Shown piece by piece: positions 41,674 through 55,392 of a stretch of DNA of 64,000 nt (positions within the stretch are counted from its first letter, which is position 1; every line of letters begins with the position of its first letter). Made by a program: the position numbers and the translations under genes. The notes below the pieces were generated by a model, which saw only the letters and a list, made by a program, of their open reading frames with translations, made no database searches and was not told where the DNA came from. The DNA comes from Eledone cirrhosa (Eukaryota). The DNA lies in NCBI GenBank assembly GCA_964016885.1, contig OZ024754.1:41230001-41294000 (forward strand), written 5' to 3'.

Positions 41674-44600
41674 ACAGTAGTAGTAGCAGTAGTAGTAGCA
41701 GTAACAGTAGTAGTAGTAGTAGTAGTAGCAGTAGTAGTAGCAGTAGTAACAGTAGTAGTAGTAGTAGTAGTAGTAGTAACAGTAGCAGTAGTAGTAGTAG
41801 TAGCAGTAGTAGTAACAGTAGCAGTAGTAGTAGTAACAGTAGTAGTAGCAGTAACAGTAGTAGTAGTAGTAGTAGTAGTAACAGTAGCAGTAGTAGTAGT
41901 AGTAACAGTAGTAGTAGCAGTAACAGTAGTAGTAGTAGTAGTAGCAGTAACAGTAGTAGTAGTAGCAGTAACAGTAGTAGTAGTAGCAGTAACAGTAGTA
42001 GTAGTAGTAGTAGCAGTAACAGTAGTAGTAGTAGCAGTAACAGTAGTAGTAGTAGCAGTAACAGTAGTAGTAGTAGCAGTAACAGTAGTAGTAGTAGTAG
42101 CAGTAACAGTAGTAGTAGTAGTAGCAGTAACAGTAGTAGTAGTAGCAGTAACAGTAGTAGTAGTAGTAGCAGTAACAGTAGTAGTAGTAGTAGCAGTAAC
42201 AGTAGTAGTAGTAGTAGCAGTAACAGTAGTAGTAGTAGTAGCAGTAACAGTAGTAGTAGTAGTAGCAGTAACAGTAGTAGTAGTAGTAGCAGTAACAGTA
42301 GTAGTAGTAGCAGTAACAGTAGTAGTAGTAGTAGTAGCAGTAACAGTAGTAGTAGTAGCAGTAACAGTAGTAGTAGTAGTAGCAGTAACAGTAGTAGTAG
42401 TAGTAGCAGTAACAGTAGTAGTAGTAGCAGTAACAGTAGTAGTAGTAGTAGTAGCAGTAACAGTAGTAGTAGTAGCAGTAACAGTAGTAGTAGTAGTAGC
42501 AGTAACAGTAGTAGTAGTAGTAGCAGTAACAGTAGTAGTAGTAGTAGCAGTAACAGTAGTAGTAGTAGCAGTAACAGTAGTAGTAGTAGCAGTAACAGTA
42601 GTAGTAGTAGCAGTAACAGTAGTAGTAGTAGCAGTAACAGTAGTAGTAGTAGCAGTAACAGTAGTAGTAGTAGCAGTAACAGTAGTAGTAGTAGCAGTAA
42701 CAGTAGTAGTAGTAGTAGTAACAGTAGTAGTAGTAGTAGTAGCAGTAACAGTAGTAGTAGTAGTAGTAGCAGTAACAGTAGTAGTAGTAGTAGTAGCAGT
42801 AACAGTAGTAGTAGTAGCAGTAACAGTAGTAGTAGTAGTAGTAGCAGTAACAGTAGTAGTAGTAGCAGTAACAGTAGTAGTAGTAGTAGCAGTAACAGTA
42901 GTAGTAGTAGTAGCAGTAACAGTAGTAGTAGTAGCAGTAACAGTAGTAGTAGTAGCAGTAGCAGTAACAGTAGTAGTAGTAGCAGTAACAGTAGTAGTAG
43001 TAGCAGTAACAGTAGTAGTAGTAGCAGTAACAGTAGTAGTAGTAGTAGCAGTAACAGTAGTAGTAGTAGTAGCAGTAACAGTAGTAGTAGTAGCAGTAAC
43101 AGTAGTAGTAGTAGCAGTAACAGTAGTAGTAGTAGCAGTAACAGTAGTAGTAGTAGTAGTAGCAGTAACAGTAGTAGTAGTAGTAGTAGCAGTAACAGTA
43201 GTAGTAGTAGCAGTAACAGTAGTAGTAGTAGCAGTAACAGTAGTAGTAGTAGCAGTAACAGTAGTAGTAGTAGCAGTAACAGTAGTAGTAGTAGTAGCAG
43301 TAACAGTAGTAGTAGTAGCAGTAACAGTAGTAGTAGTAGCAGTAACAGTAGTAGTAGTAGCAGTAACAGTAGTAGTAGTAGTAGTAGCAGTAACAGTAGT
43401 AGTAGTAGCAGTAACAGTAGTAGTAGTAGCAGTAACAGTAGTAGTAGTAGCAGTAACAGTAGTAGTAGTAGCAGTAACAGTAGTAGTAGTAGCAGTAACA
43501 GTAGTAGTAGTAGTAGCAGTAACAGTAGTAGTAGTAGTAGCAGTAACAGTAGTAGTAGTAGCAGTAACAGTAGTAGTAGTAGTAGTAGCAGTAACAGTAG
43601 TAGTAGTAGTAGTAGCAGTAACAGTAGTAGTAGTAGTAGCAGTAACAGTAGTAGTAGTAGCAGTAACAGTAGTAGTAGTAGCAGTAACAGTAGTAGTAGT
43701 AGCAGTAACAGTAGTAGTAGTAGCAGTAACAGTAGTAGTAGTAGCAGTAACAGTAGTAGTAGTAGCAGTAACAGTAGTAGTAGTAGCAGTAACAGTAGTA
43801 GTAGTAGCAGTAACAGTAGTAGTAGTAGTAGTAGCAGTAACAGTAGTAGTAGTAGTAGTAGCAGTAACAGTAGTAGTAGTAGTAGTAGCAGTAACAGTAG
43901 TAGTAGTAGCAGTAACAGTAGTAGTAGTAGTAGTAGCAGTAACAGTAGTAGTAGTAGCAGTAACAGTAGTAGTAGTAGTAGCAGTAACAGTAGTAGTAGT
44001 AGTAGCAGTAACAGTAGTAGTAGTAGCAGTAACAGTAGTAGTAGTAGCAGTAGCAGTAACAGTAGTAGTAGTAGCAGTAACAGTAGTAGTAGTAGCAGTA
44101 ACAGTAGTAGTAGTAGCAGTAACAGTAGTAGTAGTAGCAGTAACAGTAGTAGTAGTAGCAGTAACAGTAGTAGTAGTAGCAGTAACAGTAGTAGTAGTAG
44201 CAGTAACAGTAGTAGTAGTAGTAGTAGCAGTAACAGTAGTAGCAGTAACAGTAGTAGTAGTAGTAGTAGCAGTAACAGTAGTAGTAGTAGCAGTAACAGT
44301 AGTAGTAGTAGCAGTAACAGTAGTAGTAGTAGCAGTAACAGTAGTAGTAGTAGCAGTAACAGTAGTAGTAGTAGTAGCAGTAACAGTAGTAGTAGTAGCA
44401 GTAACAGTAGTAGTAGTAGCAGTAACAGTAGTAGTAGTAGCAGTAACAGTAGTAGTAGTAGTAGTAGCAGTAACAGTAGTAGTAGTAGCAGTAACAGTAG
44501 TAGTAGTAGCAGTAACAGTAGTAGTAGTAGCAGTAACAGTAGTAGTAGTAGCAGTAACAGTAGTAGTAGTAGCAGTAACAGTAGTAGTAGTAGCAGTAAC

Positions 44601-45360
44601 AGTAGTAGTAGTAGTAGCAGTAACAGTAGTAGTAGTAGCAGTAACAGTAGTAGTAGTAGTAGTAGCAGTAACAGTAGTAGCAGTAACAGTAGTAGTAGTA
44701 GTAGTAGCAGTAACAGTAGTAGTAGTAGCAGTAACAGTAGTAGTAGTAGCAGTAACAGTAGTAGTAGTAGCAGTAACAGTAGTAGTAGTAGTAGCAGTAA
44801 CAGTAGTAGTAGTAGCAGTAACAGTAGTAGTAGTAGTAGTAGCAGTAACAGTAGTAGCAGTAACAGTAGTAGTAGTAGTAGTAGCAGTAACAGTAGTAGT
44901 AGTAGCAGTAACAGTAGTAGTAGTAGCAGTAACAGTAGTAGTAGTAGCAGTAACAGTAGTAGTAGTAGCAGTAACAGTAGTAGTAGTAGTAGCAGTAACA
45001 GTAGTAGTAGCAGTAACAGTAGCAGTAGTAGTAGTAGTAGCAACAGTAGTAGTAGTAGCAGTAACAGTAGTAGTAGTAGCAGTAACAGTAGTAGTAGTAG
45101 CAGTAACAGTAGTAGTAGTAGCAGTAACAGTAGTAGTAGTAGCAGTAACAGTAGTAGTAGTAGCAGTAACAGTAGTAGTAGTAGCAGTAACAGTAGTAGT
45201 AGTAGCAGTAACAGTAGTAGTAGTAGTAGCAGTAACAGTAGCAGTAGTAGTAGTAGTAACAGTAGTAGTAGTAGTAGTAGTAGCAGTAACAGTAGCAGTA
45301 GTAGTAGTAGTAACAGTAGTAGTAGTAGTAGTAGTAACAGTAGTAGTAGTAGTAGTAGTA
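41397..45360. repeat. ~4-kb (GTA)n satellite punctuated by GCAGTAACA
   Basis: Read directly from the sequence; explains the poly-V and poly-L pseudo-ORFs. Confidence 0.98.
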
Positions 45361-45508
45361 CAGTGTTCTATATTCTACAATAAAACTCTATTTCTCTTCA
45401 GCAATAAACTGTTATCAATATTGGGGAAAGACAGGAGGTAATTCCTGTTATCACATATTGACACTCCAGTTCTTTAGATCAATTATAGTGAAAGGATGTT
45501 TATCTCTC

Positions 45509-47268
45509 TATAGTGTATAGTGTATTGTATATATAGTGTATAGTGTATTGTATAGTATATATAGTTTATAGTGTATTGTATAGTATATAGTGTATAGTGT
45601 ATTGTATAGTATATAGTGTATAGTGTATTGTATAGTATATAGTGTATAGTGTATAGTGTATAGTGTATTGTATAGTATATAGTGTATAGTGTATTGTACA
45701 GTATATATAGTGTATAGTGTATTGTATAGTATATAGTGTATAGTGTATTGTATAGTATATAGTGTATAGTGTATTGTGTAGTATATAGTGTATAGTGTAT
45801 TGTATAGTATATAGTGTATAGTGTATAGTGTATTGTATAGTATATAGTGTATAGTGTATTGTATAGTATATAGTGTATAGTGTATTGTATAGTATATAGT
45901 GTATAGTGTATTGTATAGTATATAGTGTATAGTGTATAGTGTATAGTGTATTGTATAGTATATAGTGTATAGTGTATTGTATAGTATATAGTGTATAGTG
46001 TATTGTATAGTATATAGTGTATAGTGTATTGTATAGTATATAGTGTATAGTGTATTGTATAGTATATAGTGTATAGTGTATTGTATAGTATATAGTGTAT
46101 AGTGTATTGTATAGTATATAGTGTATAGTGTATTGTATAGTATATAGTGTATAGTGTATTGTATAGTATATAGTGTATAGTGTATTGTATAGTATATAGT
46201 GTATAGTGTATTGTATAGTATATAGTGTATAGTGTATTGTATAGTGTATAGTGTATTGTATAGTATATAGTGTATAGTGTATTGTATAGTATATAGTGTA
46301 TTGTATAGTGTATATATATATAGTGTATAGTGTATTGTATAGTATATAGTGTATAGTGTATTGTATAGTATATAGTGTATAGTGTATTGTATAGTATATA
46401 GTGTATAGTGTATTGTATAGTGTATATATATATAGTGTATAGTGTATTGTATAGTATATATAGTGTATAGTGTATTGTATAGTATATATAGTGTATAGTG
46501 TATTGTATAGTGTATAGTGTATTGTATAGTATATATATATATAGTGTATAGTGTATTGTATAGTATATATATATAGTGTATAGTGTATTGTATATCATCA
46601 TCATTTTACGTCCGCTTTTCCCTGCTTGCAAGGGTGGGACGGTATAGTATATATATATATAGTGTATAGTATATATATATATAGTGTATAGTGTATTGTA
46701 TAGTATATATATATAGTGTATAGTGTATTGTATAGTATATATATAGTGTTTTGTATAGTATATATATATAGTGTATAGTATATATATAGTGTATAGTGTA
46801 TTGTATAGTATATATATATAGTGTATAGTGTATTGTATAGTATATATATAGTGTTTTGTATAGTATATATATATAGTGTATAGTATATATATAGTGTATA
46901 GTGTATTGTATAGTATATATATATAGTGTATAGTGTATTGTATAGTATATATATAGTGTATTGTATAGTATATATATATAGTGTATAGTATATATATAGT
47001 GTATAGTGTATAGTATATATATAGTGTATAGTGTATTGTATATATATATAGTGTATAGTATATATATAGTGTATTGTATAGTGTATATATATAGTGTATA
47101 GTGTATTGTATAGTATATATATAGTGTATTGTATAGTATATATATATAGTGTATAGTATATAGTGTATAGTGTATAGTATATATATAGTGTATAGTGTAT
47201 TGTATATATATATATATAGTGTATAGTATATATATAGTGTATAGTGTATTGTATAGTATATATATATA
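45509..47268. repeat. TATAGTG/TATTG compound satellite
   Basis: Read directly from the sequence; interrupted at 46594-46642 by an RTE 3' tip. Confidence 0.95.
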
Positions 47269-47301
47269 GGCGGTATGCCGGGTGAGCACTTAAATACTGA
47301 A

Positions 47302-47393
47302 GCATATCTGAGGATCTTTCGATTCTAGAGTCAGGTTCAATCATTAATAAACCGTTCCTCGAGCTGATCAACAGTGAAACATATGTAATATGT
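47302..47393 (+). ncRNA. Minimal type-I hammerhead ribozyme with long stem II
   Basis: Stem I GCAUAU/AUAUGU; core CUGAGGA; ~60-nt imperfect stem II; GAA followed by palindromic ACAUAUGU stem III; GUA cleavage triplet ending at 47387. Confidence 0.72.
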
Positions 47394-47441
47394 TATTAAA
47401 TATGTTATGATGCACTGACTCTTAGTTCCTTTATTCTTATA

Positions 47442-47497
<56 letters not shown>

Positions 47498-47511
47498 GTA
47501 TATATAGTATA

Positions 47512-47875
47512 GTCTAACATCGATGGCCAAGCTTACAAAATCAGAAAACAGCACAACTCCCATGACTTTCGGAAACATTTCTTCCTATTCAGAGTTGCTG
47601 AAGCATGGAACAAACTACCTGAATCAGTTGTTTGTTGTCAGGACACTGCATCCTTCAAAAGTTCCATGTTTCCTGAAATTCACCAACACTACACTTAATA
47701 TTCTGCTCCTTACACACACACACACACACACATGTGTCTGTGTATATCATGACTCATACACTGTTCACTTTCCTGACATTTGTACATTATTCTATGTACT
47801 ATATATACATGCACCTTTGATGAGTTGTAGTGCACCTGAGTACTGTACACAATAATTTTCATTATTATTATTATT
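47512..47875 (+). mobile_element. CR1-type LINE 3' end
   Basis: Homologous to 30468-31440, with an (ATT)n tail; another tail fragment lies at ~33200-33293 (-). Confidence 0.8.
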
Positions 47876-47908
47876 ATATGATGAAAGATCTTTAGATAAA
47901 CATACATT

Positions 47909-48172
47909 TTTAACCATTCTTTATCATATTTGTAATGAAAGAGACAGCCTATGAATTTCAAATCATTTGGAATATAATCAAGAATTTGGAGGACTTTAGT
48001 AATGTAACTAACTTTCTTATTAATAAGCTGATGTTTGGAACATATCTTAACAAAGGTTCTGATATTAAAATTATGATGGGAACGTTTTTAGGTAAACAAA
48101 TTCTTGAAAATAAATAGTTTTGTACGATAAAACCAGGTGTGGTTTCAGTTGGTTTGGCATCAAAATGGTTAA
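47909..48172. mobile_element. piggyBac-type MITE, family 2 (older, ~260 bp)
   Basis: TTAACCATT...AAATGGTTAA ends; related copies or halves at ~850-1181, 2760-3004, 24950-25069, 30167-30309, 50190-50499 and 55393-56850. Confidence 0.65.
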
Positions 48173-48499
48173 TAGATATTAATGTTTATTTCATGGAATA
48201 GAATTAAGAAATACCTGAGAGTCTAAGGACTCTAGATTTGAATCAATTAATCTAGAATATTCCACACAGCTCTGTAGTATCATGTAACCTATAGTAACAC
48301 TTAATCCTATTTTAATTAAATTGTAAACAGAGATTTAACTGCAACATCTAATCAGTCATTTCCCTGTCTTCAGATATTTTATGGGAATTTATTAAATGTG
48401 TGATTTACAAGAATCACCATAACTATAAAAACACTTGCCTTGGGACATATACAATGAGAATAAGCAAGCTTCCCTCGATAACATCTGGCTGAATATTGG

Positions 48500-48799
48500 T
48501 TTATGATTCAAGCACAAGGTCAGCAATTTGGAGGGGGAAATCGATTAAATTGACCCCAGTACAATACTGGTACTTTATTTTATCGACCCTGTAAGGATGA
48601 AAGGCAAAGCTAACCTTGCCGGGTAGTTGGAGGGGAAAATCAATTAAATTGACCCCAGTGTATTACTGGTACTTTATTTTATCGACCCTGTAAGGATGAA
48701 AAGCAAAGCTAACCTCGGCAGGATTTGAACTCAGAACGTAAAACTCTATGCTGTCAAGCAGAATGTCCGATGCTCTACCAACACTGCCAATCCACCGCC
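48500..48799 (-). mobile_element. SINE family A with duplicated 3' part
   Basis: Family A sequence with the GTACTTTATTTTATCGACCCTGTAAGGATG segment present twice. Confidence 0.8.
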
Positions 48800-50876
48800 A
48801 TGGCAGTATAAAAACTTTTCTCCAATGGCTACTGCATTTCCATGGCGAAAAAAAAAATATATATGCCAAAGTGTAAAGAGAAACCTTAGAATTCGTTGTC
48901 TGAATCTTAACTTAATATAGCAACTATAGCAACTATAGCAAGTATTGCGAAATATCATAAATTTGTTAAGTCTCCTAATCTCCGAAAAAACTCACAGAAA
49001 ACTATGTATTCCTAATGAAATTTCAGACATATAGATATTACAAAAGCAATTTCTAAAATGGTACTAATTGGTATTTCAACTATGAGAACTCGAAATATGG
49101 TTCAGTTCAATATGGCTGACATAGCAATTATTCAGCAGATAGACTTTATGGAAACAAAGATCGAACAGATTAAGAGGTTGATTATCGAAAGCAAAGCAAA
49201 GTAGATTTTAAGGAAATTTGTTACAAGCAGTTCTGTAATGTCTGCCTCTCCTTATCAACAAAGGTTTGACTTTTCATTCAAGCTTATTTCTGTAGTACTA
49301 TATAAGGAATCAATAAGACTTTTGAAAATTGAATATTACTCTCCTTAGATCAAAATTAATATCTAAGAACCCAGTAAATTGCCCCCCTCCCACACTTCCT
49401 TCTCTTCCTCCAATCTTTTTTATCTTCTTTCTACGATAAGATTCTTTGAATAATACATTACTATTACTTCACCGAAAGATGGTACGACAACACAGATATT
49501 TCCAAACTACAAACACACATACAAACAAACACACATGCACACACATACAATCACACACACACACACGCACACACACATACAAACACACACACATACACAC
49601 ACACACACAAACAAACACACACACACATGCATACACACATACATACGCACGCACACACACATACACACACATACATGTATATGTGGCTATGTAGACAATT
49701 ATACACACACTCACACACACTCACATACATGTATATGTGGTTATGTAGACAATTATATACATATATATATATATATACACACACTCATACATACATACAC
49801 ACACATACTCATACACACACTTGTATATGTGGCTATGTAGACAATTACACACACACACATATATATACATGTATATGTGGTTATGTAGATATGTAGACAA
49901 TATATATATACACACATATATATGTACATATAGATGAATGTGATTGTATGTACATATATATATGTATGTATATATAAACACACATACATACACTCACACA
50001 CATATATATATATATTCACAAATATACATACATATACATTTAACAAAGAATCTTATATAAAATGTTAGCCAGTATTTCATTAGACATGACACCATTAAAC
50101 ACGTCTAATGTCAGATTTAGTTTGAAATAAGAAAAGTGTTTAGCGACAATAAAAGTTCTGAAATTCAGGGCAAAAAGTCTGTAGAGAATTAACCTTTAGT
50201 TACCAGGATCTGGTTCTATGAAATAAAACCACCCATTTTAACCCTTTAGTTACTATATGGTCAAAACAGGATCTGGTTCTATGAAATAAAACCACCCATT
50301 TTAACCCTTTTGTTGCCAAATCCAGCTCTGGTTCTATGAAATAAAATCAACCATTTTAAAGGTTTCCAATTTAAATTAAAATCTTTCAACATAATTTTAT
50401 ATAAGAAGCCTACATTAATAATTTTAGTAAATCCCTCAAAATTCTTAATTAATTGAAATAAAGTCTATTTCATTAGAAATATGGTCATGGAAGAGTTAAG
50501 TTACTTAGAATAATGTGAATAATGATTGCATTGCATTAAACAGAAGGGAAAATTGTTGTCTGTGGTCAAATGTTGTATCTGTTTAAAAGCTGTCAATAAA
50601 GACAGCAACAGTTTAAGGCACACATTTACAATAACCACTTTATCTGGCAGAATATCCTCAAGCTTCTAAACTAAACCAATTGGCAGAACATTTGTTACTT
50701 ATTAAATTATAATTTCCTAAATATTTATACTTAAAATGGCAAAAATAATGAAGATCTTAGATTCTAAACTATATTTTGGGTTCATACCAAATTTAGAACT
50801 AACTGGGGCAATTGTTTTGTATTTCAACTTTACAGAAATCTGTGCACACAAGATAATTTAGCCAGCTTAATTACTG

Positions 50877-50915
50877 TACTGTAGATACTCGAATATAAGC
50901 TGAGGAATATGCGAA

Positions 50916-50946
<31 letters not shown>

Positions 50947-51097
50947 AATGGTAAAATAGAGCGAGGAAAGAGTCAGCTTATATCTGCTATCTAAACATAA
51001 TATGTTGGCTAGCTGCTTTGGTTTATAAATAGAGTTTGGATTTTTGCCCATTTCTCAGACATAAAATAAGGGGTCAGCTTATATTTGAGTATATGGT
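50877..51097. mobile_element. Tc1/mariner (Tc2/pogo-like) MITE
   Basis: Imperfect TIRs TA-CTGTAGATACTCGAATATAAGCTGA ... TCAGCTTATATTTGAGTATATGG. Confidence 0.55.
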
Positions 51098-51394
51098 CAC
51101 TCTTTCAGGAGCAGTTAGAATTATCTGGGAATTATTTCTTCATATACTCCACATAAGTGAGAATATTATTTTTCTACACTGTGTATATATATGTACCCTA
51201 AACCTAAACCTTGGCCACAGAGGTAAATATCTCCTCTCACACACATATACATACACACCTTGAAGGCAACATTTATATGATAGACAAATTTTCATTCCCC
51301 ATCTACAGCCAGTGACCAATCAACTCTTTTAGTATCCCTCCACACACACACTATCTCTCTCTTCTTCGTTAGTTTTTGTGTAGCAGCCTCTGTT

Positions 51395-51612
51395 TTAACC
51401 CTTTACCATTCACATTACTCTATATTTACTATTATATTTTCACAGTAAAGATTTTACTTCACATAATTCTCTCATTTAATATCGAATCTATGAGATTTTG
51501 GTATCATTTATTTTATTAACGTCAGTATGTGTGGCCAGTTACAGCCAGTTTGAACAGAGAGAGGTGAGAGAATTCTGGCCGGATATGGCCAGTTTAAATG
51601 CTAAAGGGTTAA
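51395..51612. mobile_element. piggyBac-type MITE, family 1
   Basis: TTAA|CCCTTTACCATT...AATGCTAAAGGG|TTAA; homologous to the 1382 copy. Confidence 0.85.
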
Positions 51613-52607
51613 ACATACCAACTACATATCACCTTCATTACTAAGACAGTAACTTAACAAATGGTTCTAATATAAAATCATGTTGGAAGATTTTAATTTA
51701 CATATGCACCCTTTAAAATGAGTGATTTTGTTAGATTACATAACGCCATAAGAATTCATAATGACACAGACAGGCTGTGAATGACTAATGAAGTGGAACA
51801 AGAGTGTGTGATGTTCATGCTAACTTAACGACATTAGATAATTGAAAATGAAGAGCAGATAACTGACTCAAACTAACAGCAATAATCCATAATCCAGCCT
51901 CTATAAGCAGGAATTATGTCACTTTGATTTCCAATGTATGATATAACACCAGTGGCAAGCTCTAAAGCCTCTGACCTCTGTATGAAACAGTCAGCAAGGC
52001 TAGCCTCGTAATAATTAAACTAGCACACTAATATCAATTTATACTAAATAGATTTCCATTTTGAACGCGCCTATTAAGCTAACTTTAGTTAAATGTAAAG
52101 TATTGAAATATCCTGGGGGGGTCATTGTTATGGCAAGAATATATTGGAAGGAAAATATTACATTGGAATTCTCTGCTGAAAATCAATGAGATGTTTGCTG
52201 TTTAAAGGAGTTAGAGAAAATAAATAGGCTACTGAGTGAATAGTCTGAAATATATAATCATTATATATTAGTAGTACCTTCTGACTTCATCAATTTAACT
52301 TTATATATCCTAAGGGAAACATTCTTCTACAACATTTATTGATCTTAGACTCATTAACAATCTATCTTCTGCTCCTAACTAAACTGAGAGTTTCTAAGCC
52401 AAAGTTAACCACAAATAGACTAAAACATCTGTCAATTGTCACAGTAAACAATATTCTCTTTTACATTCTGAGGTCACTTAAAAAAAACAAAAAAAAACAC
52501 TTGCTGGAGAATAACAGATGACATTTTTCTCAATAACATTTCCAGAAGGAAATCACAAATAAACAGAATTTCTTCACAATTTCTCATCACATAGAAAATA
52601 ATAATAA

Positions 52608-52955
52608 TAATGATTTCTACTTTAGGCACAAGGCCAGCAATTTGGGAGGAGGAGGAGGAGGGGGGGGGGGGGTTCGATTAAATCGATCCCAGTGCATTAC
52701 TGGTACTTTATTTTATCGACCCCGAAAGGATGAAGGGCAAAGTTAACCTCAGCGGGATTTGAACTCAGACCGCAAAGGGCCGTAACTCTGTGCCACAAAG
52801 TATGCTGTCTGATGTTCTACTGATACAACCAAATAATAATGGTTTCTGATTTAGGCACAAGGCCAGCAATTTGAAGGGAAGGGGAAAGTCAATGAAATCG
52901 ACCCTAATGTATGACTGGTATTTTATTGACCCTGTAAGTATGAAAGGCAAAGCTA
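52608..52955 (-). mobile_element. SINE family A (full plus partial copy)
   Basis: Family A match. Confidence 0.8.
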
Positions 52956-53363
52956 ATATCCATGTATTGAACCTTAGTGATTATTATTTTTCCATCAATA
53001 TATACTCTGTGGTTCTGAACTGTCTTTCACATTTGAGCTTTAAATACCTGACTGCCTTATATAGTTGTATCATCAGCTCATATAATCTACCTTATATATC
53101 ATCATCATCATCATCATTGTTTAACGTCTATCTTCCACGTTACCATGGCTTAGACGGGAATTGTCCCACTTGAGGCAAGATTGATCGGTTGTCTTGCTCG
53201 TATAGGACTGCATCTGGCAGCTTTTCTACGGCTGGATACCCTTCCTAACACCCACCATATGTACAGAGTGGACTGGGAGCCTTTTTACCGTGTCTCCTAC
53301 ATGACCACTTTACACCGTGGATTGGGTGTTTTTTTGTCATGACACCTACACAACTTCTTTAGT

Positions 53364-53397
<34 letters not shown>

Positions 53398-53742
53398 GGA
53401 ACGAGTAGGACCCCGACGGCTGAGCTCGAGCCGTTTCGACGGCTAATTCTGGACCTCCAGAATTAGCTGTCGAAAGAGCTTGAGGTCAGCCGTCGGGGTC
53501 CTACTCGTTCCTATTACCCACTCTACTACCCCAAGTATTGAGTACTTTGGTGCGTTATGGTCCACCTGGTTCCTTACCACATTTCCTTCGTTATATATAT
53601 TTGTGTGTGTATATATCAGATAGGGTGTGGTAAGATACCAGGTGGACCCACCAGAGTACTCAATACTTAGGGTAGTAAAGTGGGTAATATGAAAAGATTC
53701 AGGACCCCGACGGCTGAGCTCTGGCCGTTTCAACAGCTAGAT
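53398..53742. mobile_element. Palindromic dispersed element (nested inverted copies)
   Basis: GGAACGAGTAGGACCCCGACGGCTGA...TCAGCCGTCGGGGTCCTACTCGTTCC hairpin, plus an inverted second copy at 53623-53742; related copies at 23578-23700 and 54619-54730, all beside (TA)n. Confidence 0.7.
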
Positions 53743-53983
53743 CTGAGAGAGAAGGGAAGAAACAACCCTAGTATTAAACTGGTACTTTATTTATCAACCT
53801 CAAAAGGTTGAAAGAAGGTCGATCCTGGTTGGATTTGAACTCAGAGTACAAAGAGATGAAATAAATACCAGAAAGTATTCTATCTGACATTTTAATGATT
53901 CTGCCAAACTGCTGACTGGGAAAGACATTAAATGAGGTAAATAAGCATTCAAATAAGAAACAGCCTTCACCATTTTTTTCAAT

Positions 53984-54019
<36 letters not shown>

Positions 54020-54082
54020 CATATGTATTATAGACACACAAATATATATATATATTCTATTCTAGGGCGGGTAAAATTCCTC

Positions 54083-54134
<52 letters not shown>

Positions 54135-54267
54135 TATAAACACACAAATATATATATATACTTTATAAACATACAAATATATGTAATATATATACATTAT
54201 AAACACACAAATATATGTTATATATACATATATATACATATATATACATTATAAACACACAAACATG

Positions 54268-54319
<52 letters not shown>

Positions 54320-54401
54320 ATATATACATTAGAAACACACAAACATGTTATATATATATATATATATGTGTATATATACATTAGAAACACACAAATATAT
54401 G

Positions 54402-54435
<34 letters not shown>

Positions 54436-54494
54436 CAAGGCTCTGATACCATCAACACTATACACACAGAGCTGGCATATCTAAGAACTGACTA

Positions 54495-54554
54495 ACTGCC
54501 TGATGAGGTCATAGCCATTCAATGGCTATCATCGAAATATATATATATAGCAGT
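54495..54554 (+). ncRNA. Minimal type-I hammerhead ribozyme (Penelope-like)
   Basis: Stem I ACUGC/GCAGU; core CUGAUGA; stem II GGU-c-AUAGCCAU/AUGGCUAU-c-AUC; GAAA; palindromic (AU)n stem III; AUA cleavage triplet ending at 54549; AATAAA just downstream. Confidence 0.8.
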
Positions 54555-55392
54555 AAATAAAGGATTATGAGTTCATGCAATTGACTTATGTTTCATCACT
54601 ATATATATATATATATATAGGAACGAGTAGGACCCCCTACTCATTCCTATTACCCACTCTACTACCCTAAGTATTGAGTACTTTGGTGCGTTATGGTCCA
54701 CCTGGTTCCTTACCACATTTCCTTCGTTATATATATATATATATATATATATACATTACAAACACACAAATATATGATATATATATATATAAATGTTACA
54801 AACACACAAATATGTTATATATATATCAGCCCCATCTATGATATATATATATATATATAAATGTTACAAACACACAAATATGTTATATATATATCAGCCC
54901 CATCTACTTCAGAGAACAGTTACATGGGATGTTCTTTCACACTATACAAGTGTGGACAAACAGATGTTAGAAGCATCACATCAGAATATGTGTAGTTTAG
55001 AGAAAAATAGGATCTTCACTGCCATTTGGGCGATTGGTGTACACATCTCTCATTAAAGGATAAACAAAAAACTCTAGTTGTAAACCTATATCTAACAATA
55101 TTCTTTCTGTGAGGAGATAACAGCTATTGTTTAGTTTTGTCTTTTACATTCTCTCTTATTTCACATCATCATCACCATTATCATCACCATCATTATCATC
55201 ATCATCATTATCACCATCACCATTATCATCATCATCATCATTGTTCAAGCAACTCAACAGTGTACAGAAAATATTTCTAGACAAATGTCAAAAAAGATAA
55301 ACACTAAAGATATTTTTAGTGACTTTTGTCTCTAAACTCATTATCATTCTCAAAGTTGGTTTTCCCAAACCTACCATGGATTGGTATATGGG

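Noticed and set aside
41365-45441. 1358-aa poly-Val and 1219-aa poly-Leu ORFs
   Set aside because: Stop-free frames of a (GTA)n satellite; no domain or splice evidence.
52277-52311. Possible phase-1 exon ending ...SEG as the upstream C16orf89 exon
   Set aside because: Weak donor and no NLDG-like motif.
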